Virus record (IMG/VR): IMGVR_UViG_3300022602_000025
Strand: one strand, 5' to 3'
Source: a virus
Taxonomy: Duplodnaviria > Caudoviricetes
DNA: 64,000 nucleotides
Under the pieces are notes generated by a model that was given only the letters and a program-made list of their open reading frames with translations, was not told where the DNA came from and did no database searches. A program made the translations under genes and the position numbers. Of the stretch, positions 25,851 to 35,176 are shown piece by piece (position 1 is the first letter of the stretch; every line of letters begins with the position of its first letter).

Positions 25851-26362
25851 AATACTTAGGTATATGCGATATAATAGATTGGGATAGTGTAATCAAATCA
25901 CTAGAACATCAAACACCTACATACATTGGACCTAGCCACAAGTTAGGAGATCCTATTCCCGGACTAAGCGAAGTAACAGATATATGGCAACGTGCTAAGT
26001 TTGGAGCCAATGCTGAATGGGATATGTTTATATCTGGTGATGCTTTTGATATATCTATCGCAGAACAGTTTATGGACTATGTGGGCATAGACAATTATAA
26101 TACCTGTTGGATCAGTAGAATACGTCCAGGTAAGATGGCACCCTGGCATTGGGATGTAAATGATAATGAAGCAGAGCTAGGAGAGTTCCGTAGGTTCCAT
26201 TGTCATATTGGTAAACCTGTACATGGACATGTATTAGTAGTAGATGATAAATGTTTATACAATCAGCCGCAGGGATCTACTTACGAGTGGAATAGTAGAA
26301 AGTCTTGGCATGCAGGAATGAATGCAGGACTTACTCCTAAATATCTTTTTAACATTTGGTAA
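25847..26362 (+). CDS. 2OG-Fe(II) oxygenase (AspH-like cupin)
   Basis: IRPGKMAPWHWD...WHAGMN. Confidence 0.8.
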   Translation: MKYLGICDIIDWDSVIKSLEHQTPTYIGPSHKLGDPIPGLSEVTDIWQRAKFGANAEWDMFISGDAFDISIAEQFMDYVGIDNYNTCWISRIRPGKMAPWHWDVNDNEAELGEFRRFHCHIGKPVHGHVLVVDDKCLYNQPQGSTYEWNSRKSWHAGMNAGLTPKYLFNIW

Positions 26363-26365
26363 ATT

Positions 26366-26539
26366 ATGACACCGATTACAGATACATTTTATATTGAAAA
26401 GTTTATGGAAATACAACAGCAGAATGTTGTTATGTATAAACTATTGCTTAAGATAAACGAGTCGCCTAAATTAAAGGAACAAGTTGAATTGGAATTGGGC
26501 GTTAACATCTCTGATGTGATTAAGAATTGCCCTGCGTAA
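26366..26539 (+). CDS. possible small protein (57 aa)
   Basis: not in track; MTPITDTFYIEKF...; overlaps the sulfotransferase 3' end convergently. Confidence 0.35.
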   Translation: MTPITDTFYIEKFMEIQQQNVVMYKLLLKINESPKLKEQVELELGVNISDVIKNCPA

Positions 26540-27058
26540 TTCGTCTAAGTTTGTAGGCTGATGTGTTTTAGGGCCTAGTTCTTCAAAGTATCCAAGCTGT
26601 TCGTATGTTGTATCTAAATCAAACTTCACTGTAGATTCTGCTAATAACTTATCGTTATAACGAATAGTACGAACTGCGTTATCTAATATAGCTGTATCAA
26701 TATCTACTTCATAATCCTCTACAACAACATCTGGATCAGTATGCCATCTATCTGTGTATGATGCGATATAAAAACTAGCAATCTGATCTATCTTATTTTC
26801 TCTAGTCAGTCTAATCTTATAACAATCGCTAGCTAGTATCTTTTGATATATAGGATAGTCGGCAATTTGATCTGGCATAAACTTTACAACATAATTTGAT
26901 GTTTGCCAATCTTGTTTTAGTTTTGATAACTTATCTATATCGTAGTGCGGTTCCGAATATCTTTCTAATCCGTACTTGATTGCAAGTGCAGACAATAAAG
27001 GAGAACTACCTGTTCTATAGTTTGCGTAGATCAGTATAGGAAACTTATTGATTTGCAT
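26471..27058 (-). CDS. sulfotransferase-like protein (Stf0-type P-loop)
   Basis: ANYRTGSS (5'-PSB-like), RLTRENKIDQIASFYIA (3'-PB-like), TYEQL. Confidence 0.65.
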   Translation of the reverse strand: MQINKFPILIYANYRTGSSPLLSALAIKYGLERYSEPHYDIDKLSKLKQDWQTSNYVVKFMPDQIADYPIYQKILASDCYKIRLTRENKIDQIASFYIASYTDRWHTDPDVVVEDYEVDIDTAILDNAVRTIRYNDKLLAESTVKFDLDTTYEQLGYFEELGPKTHQPTNLDELRRAILNHIRDVNAQFQFNLFL

Positions 27059-27935
27059 GTTTAGTTAATGGAATGTCTGCCGCGCAGGTACAGAAATTAC
27101 GATCGCAAACTACTGGTTCGCTAGGTACGACAAATGTGCCTTCGTAAATGTTACCAAGGCTTCCTCCAACTCTACAAGTTGCCCTGTGTACGTCTCCGTC
27201 CCAATTTATCATTAGGCTTTCTATACCTGCGTTGCAAGTCCAACCTTTGTATTTGTTAAGATGTAGTTTGATTACATCATTAGCATGTATTATTGTTGTA
27301 TCATCTATGACAGTATTACCTTGTACTGTAGATTCTTGTTTCTTAATCCATTTTAAATCATCTGGATGATATCGCATATCGTCAAATAGATCGTGATCAC
27401 CTTCAGTCCATCTTATTCGTCTTAGTGTACAAGATATCTGATCAGTTAAGCATCTAGCAAACAATGTATATGCAGATGGCATATGATCGTGATGGCACAT
27501 AATCTGTGCAATCAATCTTACTTTAGAATCTTCTTTTAATTTACTTAACGTGCTATAAACTCGTTGCCAATCGTATTCTAAATGTAGACTAAACACATAT
27601 TGATCAACATTAAGGCTTTGATAAAATTCATAAGGTAATGTTCCGTTAGTTGTTACACTGATCCAACTAACTCCTACATGTTTACAGTATTGGATAAGTT
27701 CTTTGAACTTAGGATGTACAGTAGGCTCTCCACCTGTAAAACTTAAACGGATAGGTTTACCTAGTAGTACTAGATTATCCACAGCACCTTTAAGTATTTC
27801 TATATCAGTATGCGGGCTTGAGTTGTCGTGTATGCTAGCTGGACAATAACTACAGTCGTAGTTGCATCTTTTACCTAAGTTCCATTCTACCTTAATAGAA
27901 TCCTGATGCGGCCAACGACTGGTTACCTTAAACAT
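27045..27935 (-). CDS. radical SAM protein with C-terminal Cys-rich domain
   Basis: CNYDCSYC, FTGGEP, TTNG, GWTCNAG...C...CTCAAD. Confidence 0.92.
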   Translation of the reverse strand: MFKVTSRWPHQDSIKVEWNLGKRCNYDCSYCPASIHDNSSPHTDIEILKGAVDNLVLLGKPIRLSFTGGEPTVHPKFKELIQYCKHVGVSWISVTTNGTLPYEFYQSLNVDQYVFSLHLEYDWQRVYSTLSKLKEDSKVRLIAQIMCHHDHMPSAYTLFARCLTDQISCTLRRIRWTEGDHDLFDDMRYHPDDLKWIKKQESTVQGNTVIDDTTIIHANDVIKLHLNKYKGWTCNAGIESLMINWDGDVHRATCRVGGSLGNIYEGTFVVPSEPVVCDRNFCTCAADIPLTKHANQ

Positions 27936-29235
27936 ACTTTACAAACTCCGGATTAACCATTTCAAATGTTTTGCTAAGTCGTGAACGATCTAATCGTCTG
28001 TTAAACATAATACAGTCTTGCCATAGCTCGCTTTGATCACGTGCTTGTAGATAGTTAATGTTGTCTTGTATTTGTCCAAGTGTGTATTCTAATACTTCTG
28101 GATTATCCTTGCACATCTTAAAGTCTTTGACACGTAGGCTTACAGCTTGTAATCTTTCAACAGCTAGCTCACGTAACTCTTTAGGTAATACTTGTGCTGA
28201 CAACAGCTTAGGATATTCTACACGATGTGTATGGAATATAATACCTAAGTCGTTTAAGAAGTACTCTATCATCTTATCTAAGGTTAGTACGTTGCTTACT
28301 TGTACAGTAACGGCTCCGACGATTCTACGGACATTCGGGATCGTTTGTATCTCTTTAATATTCTGTACAACCTGAGTCCAGTCAGCGTTACCACGTATGT
28401 AGTCGTAAACAGACCCAATGCCATCAAGGCTGACGTTAACGGCAACTGATCTAAAAGCTGGCCAATATTCATGTATAGTTCTTCCTTTTGAAATTCCTAA
28501 TGTTGTGCCATTAGTCGCATACTTTAATTCTATTTGATGCCCGTAAGGTTTAAGCATATCTAATATACGATAGTGCTGTGGATCCATTAAAGGCTCGCCG
28601 CCCGCAAACTCTACTCGTCTAAAATAGGGCAATAGTTTTTCTAAACTCGCCCACCATTCTGGGCTGTCTTGAAACTTATCAAGAAATGGTTTTTCTTCTA
28701 AGTTATGTTGTTCTACGATAGCATACATGATGTTACCTTCACGTCTATAGAACTCTTTAACTTCACTCCAGTCGTTCCAGCTTGTGCTATCCATAGGATG
28801 ACACATTCGACATTTAAGATTACACAGGTTGTTTAGTTTAAGTTCCATTGTAGGAATCTCAAACGGCATTGAGTAATCTTCTTTTAGTTTATCTAATGCG
28901 TTAGGATATAAGTTAATACGTGCTTCTGGAATTTTACCTGCGATGTGTCGCATTCGTAAACTCTCTACACCCTGATCCTCTAAACTAAAACAAGGTTCAC
29001 ACTCTGGAGGACGCTCGTTGTTAAGCACTTGTTTACGAATACGCTTCATTGTAGTGTTATTCCAAATACCTTCTAAAGTATCATCTTGTATAAAGCCAAT
29101 AGGATGGCTACGACAGCAAGCACATATGGCGCCGTCTTCTCTAGTTGCTAACCCCGTGAATGGGTGCATACAAAATGTTTTACTTGTTTTGTTCAATCGC
29201 CCACTCTCGTTCTTTACACCAGAAACATTCTCCAC
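27928..29235 (-). CDS. radical SAM protein with N-terminal SPASM/twitch-like domain
   Basis: FCMHPF...ACC, CEPC, CNLKCRMC, FAGGEP, YATNG. Confidence 0.92.
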   Translation of the reverse strand: MENVSGVKNESGRLNKTSKTFCMHPFTGLATREDGAICACCRSHPIGFIQDDTLEGIWNNTTMKRIRKQVLNNERPPECEPCFSLEDQGVESLRMRHIAGKIPEARINLYPNALDKLKEDYSMPFEIPTMELKLNNLCNLKCRMCHPMDSTSWNDWSEVKEFYRREGNIMYAIVEQHNLEEKPFLDKFQDSPEWWASLEKLLPYFRRVEFAGGEPLMDPQHYRILDMLKPYGHQIELKYATNGTTLGISKGRTIHEYWPAFRSVAVNVSLDGIGSVYDYIRGNADWTQVVQNIKEIQTIPNVRRIVGAVTVQVSNVLTLDKMIEYFLNDLGIIFHTHRVEYPKLLSAQVLPKELRELAVERLQAVSLRVKDFKMCKDNPEVLEYTLGQIQDNINYLQARDQSELWQDCIMFNRRLDRSRLSKTFEMVNPEFVKYV

Positions 29236-29911
29236 ATGTTGGAACTACTTGTCCTGGCTTGTATGTTTTATAATCTAATCCTTCAAACTCACCTTCACAA
29301 CTGCGAGTTATATCAAACAACTCCATGATATCTAATCTCTTATATTGTGCAACTATCCATGACTTATCAATAAAACGGAAAGGATGACTAGCAACAATAT
29401 CCATGTGTATCATGTACTCTAGATGTTCAGTGTCGGCATTACGTTCAACATTACGTTCCGTCATACCTCCTAGGTCTATATCTCTAGGATTGTGTGTTAC
29501 AGCATTGTAATAGGCTTTGACATTGTACTTGTGACAAAGCCATTCTGCGTATGCTCTTTGTTGTATATTATCTCCGCTGACAAATTTATTGTATTCATCA
29601 GGAATACTAGGACCTATGTTACCGTACTCTATATCTGGTGCAATGAAATTAACATGCCGTATCATTTTTATTTTTGGAAATCTTACAGACAACCAATTAA
29701 AAACTCTCTTGCTATCTTCCTGTTGCCACGGGCGAGTCTTCCACATCCTAGTATGGCTAATAACGTGTACTAACATATCGTTTGGTATTAGGCTACACAA
29801 TAGGTAGGCTAGCAAGGCACTATCAGCACCTCCACTTAAACTTATAGCAATACTATTCCAGTCTTTATTAAATGGAATACGCACACCGTCTATATCATGA
29901 AACATCTGCAT
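29180..29911 (-). CDS. QueC-like / PP-loop adenine-nucleotide alpha-hydrolase
   Basis: SLSGGADS, HPF, TRSCE...TCGECFWCKER. Confidence 0.75.
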   Translation of the reverse strand: MQMFHDIDGVRIPFNKDWNSIAISLSGGADSALLAYLLCSLIPNDMLVHVISHTRMWKTRPWQQEDSKRVFNWLSVRFPKIKMIRHVNFIAPDIEYGNIGPSIPDEYNKFVSGDNIQQRAYAEWLCHKYNVKAYYNAVTHNPRDIDLGGMTERNVERNADTEHLEYMIHMDIVASHPFRFIDKSWIVAQYKRLDIMELFDITRSCEGEFEGLDYKTYKPGQVVPTCGECFWCKEREWAIEQNK

Positions 29912-30758
29912 TTTCTAAATACCTTATTAACGGACTTACTCCTACAGGCTGTCCATCACGTAGTGCTAGATAGATACTGTTAGTTGGCATGAGATTAAAG
30001 TCATAACAAACTTTATAGTAACTACGGCTGTGCGTTGTCCATAGGTAATCTACAGGAAACTTTCTAATAAAGTGTAACCCAATCATTGCAGGTGCCCGTA
30101 GATTCATACGAAAGTCGTTCATGATAGTAATTGAATCAGCTTCAGTATCTCTAGTCCAGCGCAGCCCTATACGATTCCAGCCAAGCCCAAGACCTTTGGA
30201 AAGACTAATTCCAAACGAACGTATAGCTGGGTGATTGAAATCAAACTCAATATCACGGCAACAGCTAATCCAAGCCCCATCAATGTGTACAGCAATCTGT
30301 TTATCCAAACACTCATCTAATATATCCTTCATTTGTATATGCGGCGCTCCTGTGCTTGGGAACGGCATAGCAATTATTAATGGTAATCCTTTACGCAAGT
30401 ATCCTGGGATACTATAAACTAAATTTGGATTTAGCCTGCTGTGATATCTATAATCACCTTTTAGTGTTTGTACAGGACCTTTCATATACAAACTATCAAT
30501 AAACTGTGTACACCCGTTGATAATGTCTACACGATTGAATTGATCAAATCCAGATATAGTATTAATTTTACTATCTTTTAACCAATCTGTCATTTCTTTT
30601 TTAAAATTGGTGTAGACTGTGTCTGTAATATCACGATCCATTTTACCAGAAAGTACATCTTGTATTGTTGACTCGATAAGATTGTCAGAAAGTGGTTGAG
30701 GTCTTTCAACTTCTAGATATTCTGCAGAGTATGATGGAGCGATCTTATAGCGTGTCAT
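29895..30758 (-). CDS. PLP-dependent enzyme, fold type I (aminotransferase/decarboxylase-like)
   Basis: HIDGAW, SLSKG (Schiff-base Lys), RIGLR; start moved to 30758. Confidence 0.75.
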   Translation of the reverse strand: MTRYKIAPSYSAEYLEVERPQPLSDNLIESTIQDVLSGKMDRDITDTVYTNFKKEMTDWLKDSKINTISGFDQFNRVDIINGCTQFIDSLYMKGPVQTLKGDYRYHSRLNPNLVYSIPGYLRKGLPLIIAMPFPSTGAPHIQMKDILDECLDKQIAVHIDGAWISCCRDIEFDFNHPAIRSFGISLSKGLGLGWNRIGLRWTRDTEADSITIMNDFRMNLRAPAMIGLHFIRKFPVDYLWTTHSRSYYKVCYDFNLMPTNSIYLALRDGQPVGVSPLIRYLENADVS

Positions 30759-30802
30759 GCGAATATTTATGGTCATTATAGTAGCATATAAATATTCGCA
30801 TG
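30756..30802. repeat. perfect 15-bp inverted repeat forming divergent late promoter/ATG units
   Basis: CATGCGAATATTTAT-N17-ATAAATATTCGCATG. Confidence 0.92.
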
Positions 30803-32227
30803 AATGACACAGCAAAGGTTTTTTGGTTACAGCCTGAAGACACACAACTTGGTAAATGGCAAAAACAATTAGCCGATGTTACAGGATCTCAATCGCTGTG
30901 TGTCCTACCATGGATACACTTAGCAACTCGCCCAAATGGTGATATGCGTATATGCTGTGTTGCTAATGCCAGTGGCGCAGACAGTGGTGACTATACTGTT
31001 GGCCTAGTTAAAATGGAAGATGGTAAACCTGCTAACTTTGCACAGGATTTACCAACAGAAGCATTTAACAATGACTACATGAAAAGTGTACGTAAGACAA
31101 TGCTTGCTGGAGAAGTTCCCGCCAGCTGTTTAAAATGCTATGAAGAAGAAGCCAAAGGTATTGTAAGCAAACGTGTTTGGGAAACAGGTACATGGCATCT
31201 AGAAGAACAGCTAGACATTAAAGAACTTATTGCAGAAACTGAAGCAGACGGAACTGTTCCTTATAAGTTACAATACTTAGACTTACGCTTAGGACACACC
31301 TGTAACTTAAAATGTATTATGTGTAGTCCACATGATAGTAGCATGTGGGTTCCTGAACATAAGAAAGTCTATCCTATATTCCAAAGTCCGTTAATTAAAA
31401 AACAAATGGATTGGACCGCTGATGACTTTAATAACAAGTGGCATGAGAATCCTGCGTTCTGGGAACAGATATACGATCAAATTCCTAACATCAAACAGTT
31501 ATATTTTGCTGGCGGTGAGCCCTTGCTGATCAAAGAACACAAGATGTTCCTAGAAGAAATAATCCGTCGTGGATTTGCAAACCAAATTAGCCTACGTTAC
31601 AATACTAATGGTCTTCTACTTAATGAAGAAATCATTGAGATATGGACACAGTTTAAAAAAGTTAAAGTTGGATTTAGTTTAGATGGTATGGGCGAGCGCA
31701 ATCATTACATCCGTTATCCTAGCGACTGGGCTACTATAGAACAGAACTTGCGTAGATTAGATAACACACCCGACAACATACAAACTAACATAGCACTTGC
31801 TGTACAGATCTTAAACATCAAACATATTCCAGAGTTTATCAAATGGAAAGTTAAGAGCGACTTTAAAAAGATTAACATGGATACAAACGCATCTGGTCAG
31901 ATAATGGGCGGCGGACTTGTAGGAGTACACCTGCTATGGATCCCTACGTGGTTAAGTCTACGTGTATTGCCTAAAGAAGATAAAGCAGAAGTGCGTAAAC
32001 TATTTGCAGAGTTGCAGGATTGGTTATGGAAACACTATACACAGGATAAGGAATTCTGGGAAGTTAATCCGTACGGATGGAAACGCTGGGAAAGTATATT
32101 AGATTGGATGGATGCTGAGGATCATACAAACTTGCTTCCTGACTTTAAAGAATATGTAACAACTATGGATGCACAACGTAAGACCAACTTCAAAGAAACA
32201 TTTCCAGAGCTAGGGCATCTAATATGA
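30800..32227 (+). CDS. radical SAM protein with N-terminal SPASM/twitch-like domain
   Basis: CVLPWIHL...ICC, CLKC, CNLKCIMC, YFAGGEP, YNTNG. Confidence 0.92.
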   Translation: MNDTAKVFWLQPEDTQLGKWQKQLADVTGSQSLCVLPWIHLATRPNGDMRICCVANASGADSGDYTVGLVKMEDGKPANFAQDLPTEAFNNDYMKSVRKTMLAGEVPASCLKCYEEEAKGIVSKRVWETGTWHLEEQLDIKELIAETEADGTVPYKLQYLDLRLGHTCNLKCIMCSPHDSSMWVPEHKKVYPIFQSPLIKKQMDWTADDFNNKWHENPAFWEQIYDQIPNIKQLYFAGGEPLLIKEHKMFLEEIIRRGFANQISLRYNTNGLLLNEEIIEIWTQFKKVKVGFSLDGMGERNHYIRYPSDWATIEQNLRRLDNTPDNIQTNIALAVQILNIKHIPEFIKWKVKSDFKKINMDTNASGQIMGGGLVGVHLLWIPTWLSLRVLPKEDKAEVRKLFAELQDWLWKHYTQDKEFWEVNPYGWKRWESILDWMDAEDHTNLLPDFKEYVTTMDAQRKTNFKETFPELGHLI

Positions 32228-32892
32228 TCAACGCAACAATATGGCAATGTCCTCCTGGACTTATAGAACAAGCATTAGCAGAACATCCAATCACAGGTAA
32301 TCGTATTGTATTGAATAAGCCAACAGGCGATTTCTTTTACGACCCTTGGATCATTAGCGATGAGTTTAAAGGAACAGTATGGGAACAAGTATTAGATACA
32401 TTACCTTATAGTATAGGTGAAGCTCGTATTATTACTTTAGAGCCCGGAGCGAGTTATATGGCACATGCTGATATTGATAATCGTTGGCATTTAAATTTAA
32501 CAGGCGAACATTCTTATCTAATTGATTTAGATAAAAAAGAAATGTATAAACAACTACAGGATAATCGTTGGAGATATATGTTTGCTAATAGAATACATAC
32601 AGCCAGTAACTATGGTAGTGTGCCACGCAGACAATTAGTAGTGCGTGAGCCTTTAAAACATAGCCATCACACTGACCTAGTAGCTGTTGAAATAACTCCA
32701 ACGTATGATCAGTTTGATTATCGCTATCAGTTTGACAATCAAATAAGTCCTTGGCTTAATCGTAAGAACCAAGAAGGCACATTAGATAATTTTGTCTACA
32801 AAGATACGTTTGTATCGTTTAGTATAGCAGAACATGTAAAAGATGAATTGTCTGCTTTCGACAGCAAAAGGTTTGATATCAAATATGTCTAA
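32224..32892 (+). CDS. 2OG-Fe(II) oxygenase (AspH-like cupin)
   Basis: LEPGASYMAHAD...IHTASN...R. Confidence 0.78.
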   Translation: MINATIWQCPPGLIEQALAEHPITGNRIVLNKPTGDFFYDPWIISDEFKGTVWEQVLDTLPYSIGEARIITLEPGASYMAHADIDNRWHLNLTGEHSYLIDLDKKEMYKQLQDNRWRYMFANRIHTASNYGSVPRRQLVVREPLKHSHHTDLVAVEITPTYDQFDYRYQFDNQISPWLNRKNQEGTLDNFVYKDTFVSFSIAEHVKDELSAFDSKRFDIKYV

Positions 32893-33349
32893 GGTTTGTA
32901 TAACAGGAACAACACGCGGCATTGGTAAATCTCTAGCTGAACACTTTAATCAATTAGGGTGGGAAGTTGTAGAGCTTAATCGTGGAGATAAGATAATTGA
33001 ATCTGCTGTAGGTTGCGACTTGTTTATCAACAACGCATACATAACAGGACTTCAAATAGATATCTTTAACCAACTGTACGCTAGCGTTGCTAAGATGGTT
33101 GTAATGGGCAGCATAGCTTCCGATTATCCAGATCCTGAAATGCCCTTGTACAGCATACATAAGAAAGAACTAAAAGAACGTGTGTTAGAAGTTGCTAACA
33201 GTTCTGCTACCAAAGCAGACATCTTGTTACTACAGCTGACAGGTGAAAGCCACAACAATCCTAAATTGATAACAGACACAATAGACTTTTGGTTAGCCAA
33301 TCCTACAGTAAACTGTGTAGCATTTAATCCCGGAGAACCTAATAGATGA
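32885..33349 (+). CDS. minimal short-chain dehydrogenase/reductase
   Basis: ITGTTRGIG, FINNA, MGS, YSIHK; start moved to 32885. Confidence 0.8.
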   Translation: MSKVCITGTTRGIGKSLAEHFNQLGWEVVELNRGDKIIESAVGCDLFINNAYITGLQIDIFNQLYASVAKMVVMGSIASDYPDPEMPLYSIHKKELKERVLEVANSSATKADILLLQLTGESHNNPKLITDTIDFWLANPTVNCVAFNPGEPNR

Positions 33350-33939
33350 AAGTTGTAATCACAGGACATACTAGTGGCATTGGTAAATCTATATACGAAT
33401 ACTTCCAATCGTTAGGTAACTGGGAAGTTGAAGGGCTTAGTCGTAGCAACGGATACGATATTGAAACAGACTTTGACAAGGTAGTAGAAGCTGCAAGTGG
33501 CTGTGCATTGTTTATCAATAACGCATATCGTGATCAGCAACAGTTAAAGTTACTTAATGCCTTAAAAGATAATGTAAAGAAGATGGTAGTTATGGGTAGT
33601 GTTAGTCGCTTCTATCCTGAGATTATTCCAACTCAATATGTACACGACAAACAAGAATTAGCAGAAGCCTGCAGACTTGCTAGTATAGATCCTAAGTCTA
33701 TTCCAATCCTGCATTTAGATTTAAGTTTTATAGAAGGCACTACTATAGAAGAAAAAGATGAATCAGCGTTTGTTAGCGACAATACAACTAGTCATAAAGA
33801 CATCGTTGATACTATTGCGTTTTGGTTGAATCATCCTTCTATTAGGCAAGCTGAGTTTAGATGGAAACTAACACCTTTTGTCTACAGCGAATTTAAACGC
33901 ATCAATCCCGGATTAGATCCATCTAGGATAACGTTCTAG
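33346..33939 (+). CDS. minimal short-chain dehydrogenase/reductase
   Basis: ITGHTSGIG, FINNA, MGS, YVHDK. Confidence 0.8.
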   Translation: MKVVITGHTSGIGKSIYEYFQSLGNWEVEGLSRSNGYDIETDFDKVVEAASGCALFINNAYRDQQQLKLLNALKDNVKKMVVMGSVSRFYPEIIPTQYVHDKQELAEACRLASIDPKSIPILHLDLSFIEGTTIEEKDESAFVSDNTTSHKDIVDTIAFWLNHPSIRQAEFRWKLTPFVYSEFKRINPGLDPSRITF

Positions 33940-34509
33940 GTTCTCAAGGAACTTGTCTGGATAGATGCGCCAGACAGTTTGATCTGTGTTACGATAATTC
34001 ATTTCGCATACTCTTTCTGCGATACCTAACTTGGCCAGTGTAGGAAAATAATGTCTGTGTACTAGACGTTGACTGGCAACTGTGCTTTCGTTGCTGGTAG
34101 CATACAATTCTCCTTTGGCCCACTCAATACACGTTGGTAACAAGAATTGATCTGTTAAGTTCTGATGTTCAGCAATTAGTTTCTTAGTAGTAATAAGTCC
34201 GCCGTTAGGTCTTGCATCTCCAAACGTACATGTACGTGCAAGCACACGATAAGCATTAGGACCCATCTCTGGAAATGAATGTGCCGCGACAGATCCTACA
34301 GCACGATCATCTTGATACAAAATCCAAACAGCCCACTCACGTTCATTCTTAAAACAATCTATCATTGCCTTTTGACTAGAGTTATTAGCAAAGCCTCTAC
34401 GTTCTGCTTCTGCATAAAACTCCGTTAAGCGTAACGGCTGTGTCCACTGTATGACTTTATACATAGATCTCTTTGGCACGCTCGATAAACTCTTTAGGAT
34501 AGTCTGCAC
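33913..34509 (-). CDS. GNAT-like acyltransferase fold protein
   Basis: AVWILYQDDRAVGSVAAH...YRVLART...LYATSN pattern. Confidence 0.5.
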   Translation of the reverse strand: MQTILKSLSSVPKRSMYKVIQWTQPLRLTEFYAEAERRGFANNSSQKAMIDCFKNEREWAVWILYQDDRAVGSVAAHSFPEMGPNAYRVLARTCTFGDARPNGGLITTKKLIAEHQNLTDQFLLPTCIEWAKGELYATSNESTVASQRLVHRHYFPTLAKLGIAERVCEMNYRNTDQTVWRIYPDKFLENLERYPRWI

Positions 34510-35149
34510 TAAAACTATTAAAGGCCAGCATCTGTATATCTTTAATAGGTGCAGGCTTATCCCAATCTATGCCCATAGCATCAGAATGTTTCTTAAGTTC
34601 TATCCTGCGGCCTTCGCTAATATGACTAAGGAAACTGTTTACTGTAATAGGTGCTTCTTTATCATCATAGGTAAAGAAGTAGTTGATGCTCTTTAACTTT
34701 CCGTCTACAATAAAATAACTGTTAGGATGTAGACTAATCTTATACCATCCCAAGTCTTTGTGTGCTTGTAAGATAGCCAGCATCTGTTCTTGCCAATCTG
34801 GTAATACCGCATCAAAGTCGCAAGCTCTGTTCAAGCTACGTTGCCATAGATCAGGTCCATCTATTTCTAAATAGATCTTACGTTCTGGAACATTTACTTC
34901 GCGGATCTTAGGAACCATATCTGGATTGTGCCATGCCATGTTAGATAAGAAGTGCATCTCACGTTGCCATTTATCTTTCATTAGTGCAGGATCTACTTGG
35001 TTCATACCTTTGTGATATTCGCTATCATTATTAAACCATTGACAAAATACTGTTTTGTCTTTGTTTACCAAACTGGTATAAACTAAGTTGTTTCTCCAGG
35101 GCTCGCCCCCAGGTATTTGATTGTAGTAGTATTCAAAGTTGTCTTGCAT
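34457..35149 (-). CDS. protein-kinase-like fold protein (atypical)
   Basis: WQREM, VPKIREVN, KIYLEIDG, SLHPNSYFIVDGKLKSINY; paralog of 24589. Confidence 0.55.
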   Translation of the reverse strand: MQDNFEYYYNQIPGGEPWRNNLVYTSLVNKDKTVFCQWFNNDSEYHKGMNQVDPALMKDKWQREMHFLSNMAWHNPDMVPKIREVNVPERKIYLEIDGPDLWQRSLNRACDFDAVLPDWQEQMLAILQAHKDLGWYKISLHPNSYFIVDGKLKSINYFFTYDDKEAPITVNSFLSHISEGRRIELKKHSDAMGIDWDKPAPIKDIQMLAFNSFSADYPKEFIERAKEIYV

Positions 35150-35176
35150 ACCCTTAATTATAGCATAAGTACGTGC

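Noticed and set aside
27045-29911. Complete 7-deazaguanine DNA modification pathway (QueC+QueE)
   Set aside because: The radical SAMs have long Cys-rich extensions unlike QueE; folE, queD and dpdA are absent from the window; kept only as an alternative
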